DNA from: Chthoniobacteraceae bacterium
Lineage (GTDB): Bacteria > Verrucomicrobiota > Verrucomicrobiia > Chthoniobacterales > Chthoniobacteraceae
Length of the DNA stretch: 35,415 nt
Assembly (NCBI GenBank): GCA_040081625.1
Contig: JBEBGD010000058.1
Coordinates: 1 to 35,415 of the forward strand
Direction of reading: 5' to 3'
The notes below the pieces were generated by a model. The model was not told the DNA's origin. It did not search any database and saw only the letters and a list, made by a program, of their open reading frames with translations. The position numbers and the translations under genes were made by a program. This document shows, piece by piece, positions 17,879 through 26,881 of this stretch. The first letter of the stretch is position 1. Every line of letters begins with the position of its first letter.

Positions 17879-19035
17879 GCCGTCCTCTGCGAGTCGCCTT
17901 CCTGACTACCGACAACCGCGAGCACTTCCGGGACTACGCGAAGCCCAAGCCGTTCTTCGGCACCGCGCCCGAGGCGATGCTGCACGGGTTCGCACAGCTC
18001 CGGGAGATCGAGGTTCACGTGATCTCGTGCGTTCGGCAGCCGGTGCAGTCGCCGGAAAAACTCGCGGACAACGTGTGGTATCACGCGCTCGAGGTGTCGA
18101 AGATCGGGTGGATGACCACGGGCTATCAGGGGTGCATTCGCGCCGTGCGGCGCAAGCTGCGGGACGTGCAGCCCGACATCGTCCACGGCCAGGGCACCGA
18201 GCGCGACTGCGCGATCGGTGCGGTGATGTCCGGGTATCCGAACGTCTTGACGATCCACGGAAACATGGCGGAGCTGGCGCGGCTGTTCCGCGCGCGGCCG
18301 TTCACGTATGGCTGGATCAATGCGTGGCTCGAGGAATTCACGCTGCCGCGGACCGGCGGTGTTTTCTGCAACTCGGCATACACCGAGGAACTCGTGCGAC
18401 CGCGTGCGCGCCGGACGTGGCGCGTCGCGAATCCGCTGCGGCCGGAGTTCTTCCGACCATCGACGAATCCGCCGCAGGACTCCGTGCCGCGCATCGTGAA
18501 CATCGGCCTCGTTTGTCCGCGCAAGCGGCAGCTCGAGATCCTCGATCTCGCCGGTCGCCTGCACGCGTCCGGGATTCGCGTGGTGTTCGAATTCGTGGGT
18601 GGATGCCCGGATGATGACTACGCACGACGATTTCGCGAACGCCTCGCGGATGCCGAGCAGGCCGGCTTCGCACGCTGGTGCGGCGAGCTGTCCGCCGACG
18701 AACTCGTGTCGCAGATCGATCGCTCCGCGGCGCTGCTGCACTTCCCGAGCGAGGAAGCCTTCGGTCTCGTGGTCGCCGAGGGGCTGGCTCGCAATCTCAA
18801 GTTCTTCGGCGCGCGGCTCGGCGGCATCGTCGATATTGCCAGCGGCCTCGATGGCGCGGAATTGTTCGACTCGAATGATTGGGACGCGCTCGCCGCGGGC
18901 ATCTCGCGATGGGTGGAAGCCGGCGCGCCGAAACCTGCGGGCGCTGCGGGCGTGATGGAGACGCGCTATCACCCGCGCGTGATCGCGCAGCGGCATCTCG
19001 AAATCTATCGCGAGGTGCTCGCGAGCGATTCGTAA
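17875..19035 (+). CDS. GT4 family glycosyltransferase
   Basis: PDIVHGQGTE, LTIHG, NIGLVCPRKRQ, FPSEEAFGLVVAEGLA. Confidence 0.9.
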   Translation: MSRPLRVAFLTTDNREHFRDYAKPKPFFGTAPEAMLHGFAQLREIEVHVISCVRQPVQSPEKLADNVWYHALEVSKIGWMTTGYQGCIRAVRRKLRDVQPDIVHGQGTERDCAIGAVMSGYPNVLTIHGNMAELARLFRARPFTYGWINAWLEEFTLPRTGGVFCNSAYTEELVRPRARRTWRVANPLRPEFFRPSTNPPQDSVPRIVNIGLVCPRKRQLEILDLAGRLHASGIRVVFEFVGGCPDDDYARRFRERLADAEQAGFARWCGELSADELVSQIDRSAALLHFPSEEAFGLVVAEGLARNLKFFGARLGGIVDIASGLDGAELFDSNDWDALAAGISRWVEAGAPKPAGAAGVMETRYHPRVIAQRHLEIYREVLASDS

Positions 19036-20015
19036 AGGTCGCGCAACTGCTCCGCGACCTGCGTCCATCGCGGCGGGGCGAAGTGCTGCGCGCGAGCGCG
19101 GTCGGATTCCCAAAACGCGCGCAGGTGCCGGGCGAGGATCGCGGGGTCGGAAGTGTCCGGGCAATACGCCGCGCAAACGCCGAACGTGGCCCGCGCCCAC
19201 GGAAGATCGGTGAGGAGCAGCGGGCAGCGCGAAGCGGCGGCCTCGAGCGCGGAGAGGCTCTGGCTTTCCATCGTGCTGATGAGCACGAAGCCACGCGCGC
19301 CGCGGTAGAGCTCCGCAAGCCGGCTGCGATCGTCGATCCCGCCGTCGTAGCGCACCCACTTCGGATTTGCGCGCGCGACTTCCACGAACTCGCGGTGGTA
19401 GCGCTCATCCTCCGAATACGGTCGCCCGATGACCCACACGGGCACTTGCGCGATGATGGCCGCGCGGGCGAGTTCGAGCACGCGCTTGCGGGGGTGAATC
19501 GTCGCGGTGCATACGAGCCAGTCGAGCGCGGGTGCAGGCGAAGTGTCGAAGAACTCGTCCTCGACACCATTCGGGATGACGCGCAAGCGCTCCGGCGGGC
19601 ACTCGGAGATGTCGCGCATGATGCGCGCCTCGCACTCGGTGAGCGCCGTGGCGGAATCGACGCGCTGGTAAATGTCCCAGCCGATCCGCGCGACGATCGA
19701 CTGCGGCAGGAGGCGCCGTCCGGCGCGTGTGAGCAACCGCTGCGCGCCGAGCATCCATGCGGGGCGCGAGCCCGTGGCGGTGCGCAGTTCCGAGAGCACG
19801 AGCTTGATTCCCTTCGAGTGTGCGTGCCGCACGTATTCGGAATTCAATGCGCCAAACCAATGGATGATGTCCGGACGCTGCTCGGCGTCCCACCAGCGCA
19901 TGTGGTCCACGTCCACGCCGATCCGGGCGAGCGCGCACCGAGTCTGCTCGATCTGGATCTGAAAGCCGCCGTGCGCGAGGGCGAACGGCAGCCCGCTATC
20001 GAACGCGACTTTCAT
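19005..20015 (-). CDS. GT4 family glycosyltransferase (paralogue of 20012-21013)
   Basis: Start MKVAFDSG at 20015 (ATGA overlap); HGGFQIQIE, VIPNGVED, TATIHPRKR, STMESQSLSALEAA. Confidence 0.9.
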   Translation of the reverse strand: MKVAFDSGLPFALAHGGFQIQIEQTRCALARIGVDVDHMRWWDAEQRPDIIHWFGALNSEYVRHAHSKGIKLVLSELRTATGSRPAWMLGAQRLLTRAGRRLLPQSIVARIGWDIYQRVDSATALTECEARIMRDISECPPERLRVIPNGVEDEFFDTSPAPALDWLVCTATIHPRKRVLELARAAIIAQVPVWVIGRPYSEDERYHREFVEVARANPKWVRYDGGIDDRSRLAELYRGARGFVLISTMESQSLSALEAAASRCPLLLTDLPWARATFGVCAAYCPDTSDPAILARHLRAFWESDRARAQHFAPPRWTQVAEQLRDLYESLASTSR

Positions 20016-21013
20016 CGGCGCAGCACACTTTCGTAGATCGCCCGGAAGCGCGCGCCGACTTCGCTCCATCGCATCGGCGGTTTCGGCACGGGCCGCTGCG
20101 GCGCCGCATCGTAAAAGGCCCGGAGATGACGCGCCGTGACGGATGCGGACGCGAGCGGGCAGTAGATCGCATCGTCGCCGAAGACGCTGTGCGCCCACGG
20201 CAGGTCGGTGAGCAGCAGCGGGCAGCCGCCCGCCGCCGCTTCCTCCGCCGAGAGGCTGCGCGTCTCCATCGTGCTGAGCAGCACAAAGCCGCGCGCCTCG
20301 TGGTAGTGCCGGGCGAGCACGGCGCGATCGGCGATCGCCGGGAGGTGTTCGAGAAATTGTGGATGATTCGCGACCAATCCGCTGAAGCGTTGGAAATACG
20401 GATCGTCCTCCGAGTAGGGCTTTCCGATGATGCGCACGGGCGTGCGCGCCTCGACCGCTGCGGTTGCGAGTTCGAGCGCGCGCTTGCGCTCGACGATCGT
20501 GGCCGTGCAGAGCAGCCAGTCGCCGCGCTTGCGATCTCCGCGGTCGAAGAACACATCCTCGACGCCGTTCGGCACGACGTGGACGCGCTCGGCGGGCGCG
20601 CCGAACATCTCACTCATGAGCCGCGCTTCGAACCCGGTGTTCGCGACGCAAGCCGCTGCGAGCCGAAACGCCTCCCACGAGAATCGTTCGTTGATCATCC
20701 GCGAGTCGAGACGCCGCAATGCTGCCGTGATGAGCCTTTGTGCCCCCCGCAGTGCGGGCCGTCGCGAGCCCAGCCCGGTGAGCAGTTCGGAGAACGCCAC
20801 CGGCAAACCTTTGTGCCCGGCGTGACGCACATACCAGCCGCTCGGCCGGCCGAAATAGTGGATGAGATCGCCCGTCTGCGTGTCGTCCCACCAGCGGAGA
20901 CACTCGCCTTCCACTCCGCTCGCACGCACGGCCTCCATCGTCCGCTCGATCTGGATCTGGAAGCCGCCGTGCGTGAGCAGGAAGGGGTTGGCGTGATCGA
21001 AGAGGACTCGCAT
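20012..21013 (-). CDS. GT4 family glycosyltransferase
   Basis: Start MRVLFDHANP at 21013; HGGFQIQIE, VVPNGVED, TATIVERKR, STMETRSLSAEEAA. Confidence 0.9.
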   Translation of the reverse strand: MRVLFDHANPFLLTHGGFQIQIERTMEAVRASGVEGECLRWWDDTQTGDLIHYFGRPSGWYVRHAGHKGLPVAFSELLTGLGSRRPALRGAQRLITAALRRLDSRMINERFSWEAFRLAAACVANTGFEARLMSEMFGAPAERVHVVPNGVEDVFFDRGDRKRGDWLLCTATIVERKRALELATAAVEARTPVRIIGKPYSEDDPYFQRFSGLVANHPQFLEHLPAIADRAVLARHYHEARGFVLLSTMETRSLSAEEAAAGGCPLLLTDLPWAHSVFGDDAIYCPLASASVTARHLRAFYDAAPQRPVPKPPMRWSEVGARFRAIYESVLRR

Positions 21014-21116
21014 GGGCGGAGGGCGCGTGACTTGAATCGAATCCCACGCGCCCGGCGACGATTTTCTGCGCGGCGCAATCTCGCGCATTCCGTGCTAATG
21101 GCCGAATCTGCGTCAG

Positions 21117-21977
21117 ATGCCCGACCTCCCGCGCCTCTCCATCATCACCCCTTGCTTCAACAGCGTTCACACGATCCGCGAGACGCTCGAGAGCGTGCGC
21201 TCGCAGGATTACGCGAACCTCGAGCACGTGGTGATCGATGGCGGATCGACCGATGGGACGCTCGACATCGTGCGCGAGTTTCCGCATGTGCGCTGGATCT
21301 CGGAAAAGGACGAAGGCCACTGGCACGCGATGGACAAGGGCATTCGCATGGCGACGGGGGAGGCCTTCGCAATTCTCAATGCCGACGACTTCTACCGGCC
21401 CGGTGCGCTGCCTGCGGTGGGCGAAACACTCGCGGCGCATCCGCAGTGGGATGGGGTCTTCGGCGACATCGTTTTCGTCGATGGCGAAGGGCGGGAAATC
21501 TTCCGGCGCGAGGAGGCGGGCTGGGATCCGTTCATCGTCTGGTGCGGGTTCGGCATCGCGCATCACCAGGCGTTTTTTCTGCGCAAGGCGACCTACGAGC
21601 GGCTCGGCAGCTATCGCTACAAGGAGTTCAAGGGCACGTGCGACATCGAGTATCTCTACCGGCTTGTGCGGGCGCAGGCGCGCATCGGCCACATCCCCCG
21701 ACTGCTCGTGAACTTCCGCTATCACGAGCGCGGCCAGACCGTGGACTCGCGCATCCGCGAGAACATGGCGAGGGAAAGCGCGCTCATCCGCGCGGAATAC
21801 GGCGTGCCCCGCGGGTGGCGCGGCCAGGCGCTGATGACCTTCGCGCGTCTCAAGCGGCAGCTCTCCAAGCTGCTCGCGCGCGGGAAGTGCGACTTGATCC
21901 CCGGTCACGTCCTGCTGCGCCGGCATTTCCGGAAGAAGGCGACCTTCTCGTCGAACATCGGCCTCGACAAGCTGTAG
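21117..21977 (+). CDS. GT2 family glycosyltransferase (WcaE-like)
   Basis: LSIITPCFNS, IDGGSTDGT, ISEKDEG, ILNADD, HQAFF. Confidence 0.92.
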   Translation: MPDLPRLSIITPCFNSVHTIRETLESVRSQDYANLEHVVIDGGSTDGTLDIVREFPHVRWISEKDEGHWHAMDKGIRMATGEAFAILNADDFYRPGALPAVGETLAAHPQWDGVFGDIVFVDGEGREIFRREEAGWDPFIVWCGFGIAHHQAFFLRKATYERLGSYRYKEFKGTCDIEYLYRLVRAQARIGHIPRLLVNFRYHERGQTVDSRIRENMARESALIRAEYGVPRGWRGQALMTFARLKRQLSKLLARGKCDLIPGHVLLRRHFRKKATFSSNIGLDKL

Positions 21978-21983
21978 CGCCGC

Positions 21984-23240
21984 TTACAGCCGCCAGTGCG
22001 AGATCACGCGCGTGGCCGGATGAAACCCCAGCCCGCGATACTGCGGCCACGGGCAGCAGATGGCCGCGACCGCGATCTCGCCGCGCTCGCGCAGCGTCGC
22101 CAGTTCGCCGAGCGACTCAAATTCGTGAAGCGCCGGGCTGTTCGCCGGCGTCGCCGCGCCGTCGTGAACGAGCACGCGAAAGCCCGCGCGCTTGAGCTTC
22201 TGCGCCACGTGAAGGCCGGCGGATTCCTCGGTGATGTAGGTGTCCGGTTTGTAGCTCATGCCGAGCACCGCCACGGTCGCGCCGGGCTGCGCGGCGAGCG
22301 CGATTTCCGCGACGAACTCGTCCTTCGCGATCTCGTTGATCGCGTCGCTCGCCTCGGCCAGCGGAGCGGTGAGGCCGACCTGGCGCGCGGCGTAGGCGAC
22401 GAGTCGGTTGTCGCGCGGGAAACACGGCCCGCCGTAGCTCGCGCCCGATTGCAGATATTTACGCCCGATCCGGCTGTCGCTGCCGATCGCGTCGAGGATC
22501 GCGTGGATATCCGCGCCCGGCATCCGCCCGGCGATCAGGCGGAGCTGGTTGGTGAAGCTGATCTTCATGGTGATGTAGCTGTTCACCGAGATCTTCGTCA
22601 GCTCCGCGCTGGGGATGCTCATGCGCGCTACGTGGGGCTGATTCGTGCAATAGCGCCGATACAGATCCGCGAGCAACTCGCCGGCAGCCGCGTCGCTTTC
22701 GCCGATCAAAACCATGTCCGGCTCGAGCAGCCCGCGCACAACATTGCCGAGCGCGATGAACTCCGGGTTGTAGCAATAACGAAAGCCCTCATTCAGCCGC
22801 CAACCCGTCACGCGTTCGAGCATCGGGACGAGGATCGCACCCGCCGCGCCGGGCGTGACCGTGCTCGAGCAGACGAAAAGATGATCGCGCTTTCCGGCGT
22901 CGCGCAGCACCTCCGCGAGCGACTGCATCGAGCGCAGCAGATACTCGCTGCTGAAGCTGCCATCAGGCAGACTCGGCGACGGCGGGATGAAAAAACTCGC
23001 CTGCGTCCCGAGCGCCGCGCGTGGGTCGAGCGATGCGCGCAGCCGCGCGCGGCCGGCCGCGATCGTCTCCGCCAGCCGCGGTTCATCGACCGGCGGCAGC
23101 CCCGCATTCACCGCCTCGACTTTCGCCGGGTCCACGTCCACGCCGATGACATCGAAGCCGCGATGCGCAAGCGTCGCCGCGATGCACGCGCCGAGTTTGC
23201 CCAAGCCGAAGACGGAGACGTGCTGAAGCGGAGTGGTCAT
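21984..23240 (-). CDS. ugd: UDP-glucose/GDP-mannose dehydrogenase family protein
   Basis: Start MTTPLQ at 23240; GLGKLG Rossmann motif, SSTVTPG, YNPEF, AELTK, catalytic YGGPCFPRD, LGMSYKPDT. Exact substrate not determinable. Confidence 0.88.
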   Translation of the reverse strand: MTTPLQHVSVFGLGKLGACIAATLAHRGFDVIGVDVDPAKVEAVNAGLPPVDEPRLAETIAAGRARLRASLDPRAALGTQASFFIPPSPSLPDGSFSSEYLLRSMQSLAEVLRDAGKRDHLFVCSSTVTPGAAGAILVPMLERVTGWRLNEGFRYCYNPEFIALGNVVRGLLEPDMVLIGESDAAAGELLADLYRRYCTNQPHVARMSIPSAELTKISVNSYITMKISFTNQLRLIAGRMPGADIHAILDAIGSDSRIGRKYLQSGASYGGPCFPRDNRLVAYAARQVGLTAPLAEASDAINEIAKDEFVAEIALAAQPGATVAVLGMSYKPDTYITEESAGLHVAQKLKRAGFRVLVHDGAATPANSPALHEFESLGELATLRERGEIAVAAICCPWPQYRGLGFHPATRVISHWRL

Positions 23241-23392
23241 TTGGGAGCCGCGCAGAGTCTTTTGCGCGCCACACCCGCGCAAGGGCGAAACGCGCCGGGG
23301 CAGATGCGCCTTGCCTTGCAGCCCGCAGCCAATGATCCACCGCTGATCGAACCGATGCCCCGCCGCGAAAGACTTCGCCTCCACCACCGCGC

Positions 23393-24559
23393 GTGAAGCT
23401 CTGCGACCTCACGCAGTTCTATTCGCCATTCAGCGGCGGAGTGAAGCGCTACGTCGGCGAAAAGATCCGCCACGTGCGCGAGCATCGGCCGGGCGACGAG
23501 CACATCCTCATCATCCCCGGCGAACGCGACGAGTGCACCGGCGACGAACGCGCGCGCACTTACACGATCGCCTCCCCGCTGATTTCGAAAACCTCGCGCT
23601 ATCGCGTGCTGCTGCGGCTCGAAGCGATTGAGCGCATCCTCGAGCGCGAGCGCCCGCACCTCATCGAGAGCGGCGATCCGTATCAGGTCGCGTGGAAGGC
23701 CGTCCACTCTGGCGCCGCGCTCGGCATCCCGGTCATCGCGTTCTATCACTCGCACTTTCCCGAGGCCTATGTGCGCACGGTGAGCAAGTTTTGCGGTGCA
23801 ACGCTGACCGAGGCATTCGTCGATTTCGCGCGGCGCTACGTGCGCAATCTCTACAACCGCTTCGAGCGCACCATCGTGCCCAGCCCTGCGCTCGGCGAAG
23901 TTCTCGCCGAGTGGGGCGTCGAGCGCGGCAGGCTCTTCCACAGCGACCTCGGCGTTGACACGGACATCTTCCGCCCGGCTCGTGAGCGCGGCGAAAACGT
24001 GCGCGCCGAACTCGGCATCCCGAGCGACCGCACGCTGCTGCTCTACGTCGGCCGGCTCGCGCAGGAGAAAAACACGCACACGCTTTACGACGCCTTCCGC
24101 CGACTGCCGCGCGATCGCTTTCACCTGCTCGTGGTCGGCGACGGATTGCAGCGCCGCGAACTCCACTCACTGATCAGCAGTCACCAGTCACCAGTCACAC
24201 ACCAGCCTTACTGCGCCGATGCACGCCGACTCGCGGCGATCTATCGCGCGGCGGACCTGTTCGTGCATCCCGGCGTGCAGGAGACCTTCGGACTCGTCTC
24301 GATCGAGGCGCAGGCGTGCGGCGTCCCGGTGATCGGCATTCGCGGCAGCTACATGGACCGCATCATCCACACCGACCAGGCCGTGTGGGCCGACGCGAAT
24401 ACGCCCGACGCACTCGCACAAGCCATCCTCGGCCACGCGCACGCGTGCGACGCCGATGCACTGCACCGTCGCGTCGCCGCACTGTTCTCGTGGCGGCAGG
24501 TTTTCACGCGTCTCTTCGCGCTCTACGACGAAGTCATCGCGCAATATCGCCCGCGCTAG
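23393..24559 (+). CDS. GT4 family glycosyltransferase (mannosyltransferase-like)
   Basis: DLTQFYSPFSGGVKRY, LGVDTDIF, YVGRLAQEKN, ADLFVHPGVQETFGLVSIEAQACGVPV. Confidence 0.92.
   Translation: MKLCDLTQFYSPFSGGVKRYVGEKIRHVREHRPGDEHILIIPGERDECTGDERARTYTIASPLISKTSRYRVLLRLEAIERILERERPHLIESGDPYQVAWKAVHSGAALGIPVIAFYHSHFPEAYVRTVSKFCGATLTEAFVDFARRYVRNLYNRFERTIVPSPALGEVLAEWGVERGRLFHSDLGVDTDIFRPARERGENVRAELGIPSDRTLLLYVGRLAQEKNTHTLYDAFRRLPRDRFHLLVVGDGLQRRELHSLISSHQSPVTHQPYCADARRLAAIYRAADLFVHPGVQETFGLVSIEAQACGVPVIGIRGSYMDRIIHTDQAVWADANTPDALAQAILGHAHACDADALHRRVAALFSWRQVFTRLFALYDEVIAQYRPR
24164..24198 (+). repeat. Heptamer tandem repeat inside GT4 CDS
   Basis: cactcac tgatcag cagtcac cagtcac cagtcac (3 perfect and 2 degenerate units); encodes HSLISSHQSPVT. 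Confidence 0.8.
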
Positions 24560-24607
24560 TTTATAGGGAATTTAAAGTCTCGAAACGTGAACGGGAGCCG
24601 GTGCCGC

Positions 24608-24802
24608 GGTCGCGGAGCGACCGGCGAAAGTAGCCCGGCGCTTTCAGCGCCGGGATTCCGAGTTGGCTCAACGACACGTCGCGGAGCGACGGATGACCGG
24701 CGTCCACGCTCCATCAACCGTCACTACGCGACGTATTCGGAAGTGTCGGTTCCGGACCCGGCGTTGAAACGCCGGGCTACTCTCGGAGGTCGCTACGCGA
24801 CC
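24608..24802. repeat. Composite palindromic REP/MITE-like element with GTAG-headed hairpins
   Basis: Three nested inverted pairs: 24608-24622/24788-24802, 24630-24654/24757-24780 and 24676-24696/24714-24734. Each unit is itself a hairpin. Lies between convergent genes. Confidence 0.85.
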
Positions 24803-24847
24803 AAGTCGCGTGCCTCGCTCGCGTAGCAGGCCCTCGAGAGAGTCCAT

Positions 24848-26074
24848 CTACTTGCGACGTGACAGCACCTCGCGCTCGTAGCGCACGATCTCGTCCGTCC
24901 ACGCAAAACCGGCGGGCACATCGCTGTTCCGGCAGAACTCCGCCCACACCGCACCGAGCGGCAGCATCTTTAGTTCTTCGAGCAATGCGAGACGCGCCGT
25001 GAAATTGCCGGCGTTCTCGTATTCGCGCAGCCGCGCCGTCGGTTCGAGCAGCGCGGCGAGCAGCGCCTTCTGGGTGGCGCGGGCACCGATGACCCATGCG
25101 GCGACACGGTTGATCGACGCATCGAAGTAATCGAGCCCGATCGACACTCGATCGAGCCAGCCGCCGCGCACGACTTCCTCGAAAAGCGCGCGGGTCAGGT
25201 CGTCGAGGATCACCACATGGTCGCTGTCCCACCGGACGCCGCGGCTCACATGCAGGAGCACGCGCGGCACGTGAAGCAGCACGCTGGAGATTTTGTCGGC
25301 GACGCTTTCCGTCGGGTGAAAATGCCCCGCGTCGAGGCAGAGCGCCTTTTGACGCGCGATGGCGTAGCCGAGGTAAAACTCGTGCGAGCCGACGACGTAG
25401 CTCTCGCTGCCGAGGCCGAAGAGCTTTGGCTCGACGCAATCGATCACACCATCGAGCGACTCGGCGAACACCTCGTCGAGCGCGGCGAGCAGCCGCTCGC
25501 GCGGCGCACGCCGATCGATCGGCAGGTCCTTGAAGCCGTCAGGAATCCACACGTTCACCACGCTCGGTGACCCGAGCGCGCGCGAGAACTCCGCGCCGAT
25601 CCGCCGGCACGCGCGGCCGTGATCGATCCAGAATCGCCGCACATTCGCGTCAGAGTGGCTGAGCGTGAAGCCATCCGCGGCGAGAGGGTGGGAGAAGAAA
25701 GTCGGGTTGAAATCGAGGCCGAGCCCGCGCGCCTTTGCCCAGTCCATCCACACGCGGAAGTTCGCGTCGGTCAGCTTGTCGCGAGACGCAGGAGCGTCGG
25801 CGTAGCTCGCGTGCAGATTCACCCGATGGCACCCGGGGATGAGCGCGAGCGCTTGCTCCAGGTCGCCGCGCAGCTCATCCGCGTTCCGCGCCTTTCCCGG
25901 AAACGATCCCGTCGCTGCGAGGCCGCCGCCGAGTTCACCGGCCCCCTCGAAGCCGCGCACATCGTCGCCCTGCCAGCAATGGATGGAGATCGGCGTCGCG
26001 GCGAGCGTGGCGATGGCGGCGGCGGCATCGACGCCCAGCGCGGCGTAGGCATCGGCAGCGTCGGAGAATGGCAT
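24848..26074 (-). CDS. rhaA: L-rhamnose isomerase
   Basis: [74 protein letters not shown]. Start is ATG 26074 (alternative 26116). Confidence 0.95.
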   Translation of the reverse strand: MPFSDAADAYAALGVDAAAAIATLAATPISIHCWQGDDVRGFEGAGELGGGLAATGSFPGKARNADELRGDLEQALALIPGCHRVNLHASYADAPASRDKLTDANFRVWMDWAKARGLGLDFNPTFFSHPLAADGFTLSHSDANVRRFWIDHGRACRRIGAEFSRALGSPSVVNVWIPDGFKDLPIDRRAPRERLLAALDEVFAESLDGVIDCVEPKLFGLGSESYVVGSHEFYLGYAIARQKALCLDAGHFHPTESVADKISSVLLHVPRVLLHVSRGVRWDSDHVVILDDLTRALFEEVVRGGWLDRVSIGLDYFDASINRVAAWVIGARATQKALLAALLEPTARLREYENAGNFTARLALLEELKMLPLGAVWAEFCRNSDVPAGFAWTDEIVRYEREVLSRRK

Positions 26075-26161
26075 GTCGGAGCCGCTACCCGCCGCGGGGT
26101 CGCGTGGCGAGTGCATTTACGAAGTTGCGCCGCAGGCAAGCCTGCGCGCTAATCCCAGCCC

Positions 26162-26881
26162 TTGCGCGTCACGCTTTTCATTCCCTGCTTCATCGACTCG
26201 TTTTATCCGCAGGCCGCGATGGCGGTGGTGCAGGTGATCGAGCGGCTCGGCCACACGATCGACTACCCCGAGGCGCAGACGTGCTGCGGTCAGCCGCCGT
26301 TCAACTCGGGGTTTTGGGATGAGGCGCGCGACGTGGCGCGGAGGCAGATGCGCCTTTTCCGCGACGCGGAAGTCGTCGTCGCACCGAGCGGGTCATGCGG
26401 GGCGATGATGAAAGTCTTCTACCCCGAGCTTTTTGAGCATCAGCCGGAGGAAGCGGAAGTGCGCGCCCTCGCGGCGAAGACGTTCGAGTTCTCCGACTTC
26501 CTCGTGAACAAACTCGGCGTGCGCGACGTGGGCGCGAAGTTCGAGGGCCGCGCGACTTTCCACGATGGCTGCCACGGCCTGCGCGAACTCGGCAGCAAGA
26601 CCTCCGCGCGCGAACTGCTCGCGAACGTGAAGGGGTTGGAGATGGTCGAGATGAGCGAGGGCGAGAGCTGCTGCGGCTTCGGCGGGACGTTCGCGGTGAA
26701 GTATCCGCAGATCTCCACCGCGATGGCGGAGGTGAAGTGCAACTCGATCCTCGAGACGAAAGCCGACTACGTGGTGAGCAATGACTTGAGCTGCCTGATG
26801 CAGATTCAGGGATGGTTCGACCGGAACAGCGGGCGCACGATGAAGAGCCTGCACCTTGCTGAGGTGCTCGTGCAGCGATGA
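26162..26881 (+). CDS. lutA: L-lactate utilization protein A (CCG-domain Fe-S subunit, LldE/YkgE)
   Basis: LFIPCFID, QTCCGQP, PSGSCGAM, FHDGCHGLREL, SCCGFGGTF, DLSCLMQI. Confidence 0.93.
   Translation: MRVTLFIPCFIDSFYPQAAMAVVQVIERLGHTIDYPEAQTCCGQPPFNSGFWDEARDVARRQMRLFRDAEVVVAPSGSCGAMMKVFYPELFEHQPEEAEVRALAAKTFEFSDFLVNKLGVRDVGAKFEGRATFHDGCHGLRELGSKTSARELLANVKGLEMVEMSEGESCCGFGGTFAVKYPQISTAMAEVKCNSILETKADYVVSNDLSCLMQIQGWFDRNSGRTMKSLHLAEVLVQR

Noticed and set aside
23355..23396. 13-aa ORF MPRRERLRLHHRA overlapping the GT4 start (GTGA)
   Set aside because: It is the tail of an antisense shadow frame of ugd; too short and without a clear promoter to support.
24559..24586. AT-rich patch (tttatagggaatttaaag) after the GT4 stop
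   Set aside because: Could be a promoter or insertion scar, but no downstream gene or target-site duplication supports either.
24608..24802. Possible CRISPR array
   Set aside because: Units are inverted and nested, not direct repeats with regular spacers; no cas genes.
24587..24826. 79-aa ORF in the intergenic region
   Set aside because: Runs across the palindromic repeat; composition looks like translated repeat DNA.
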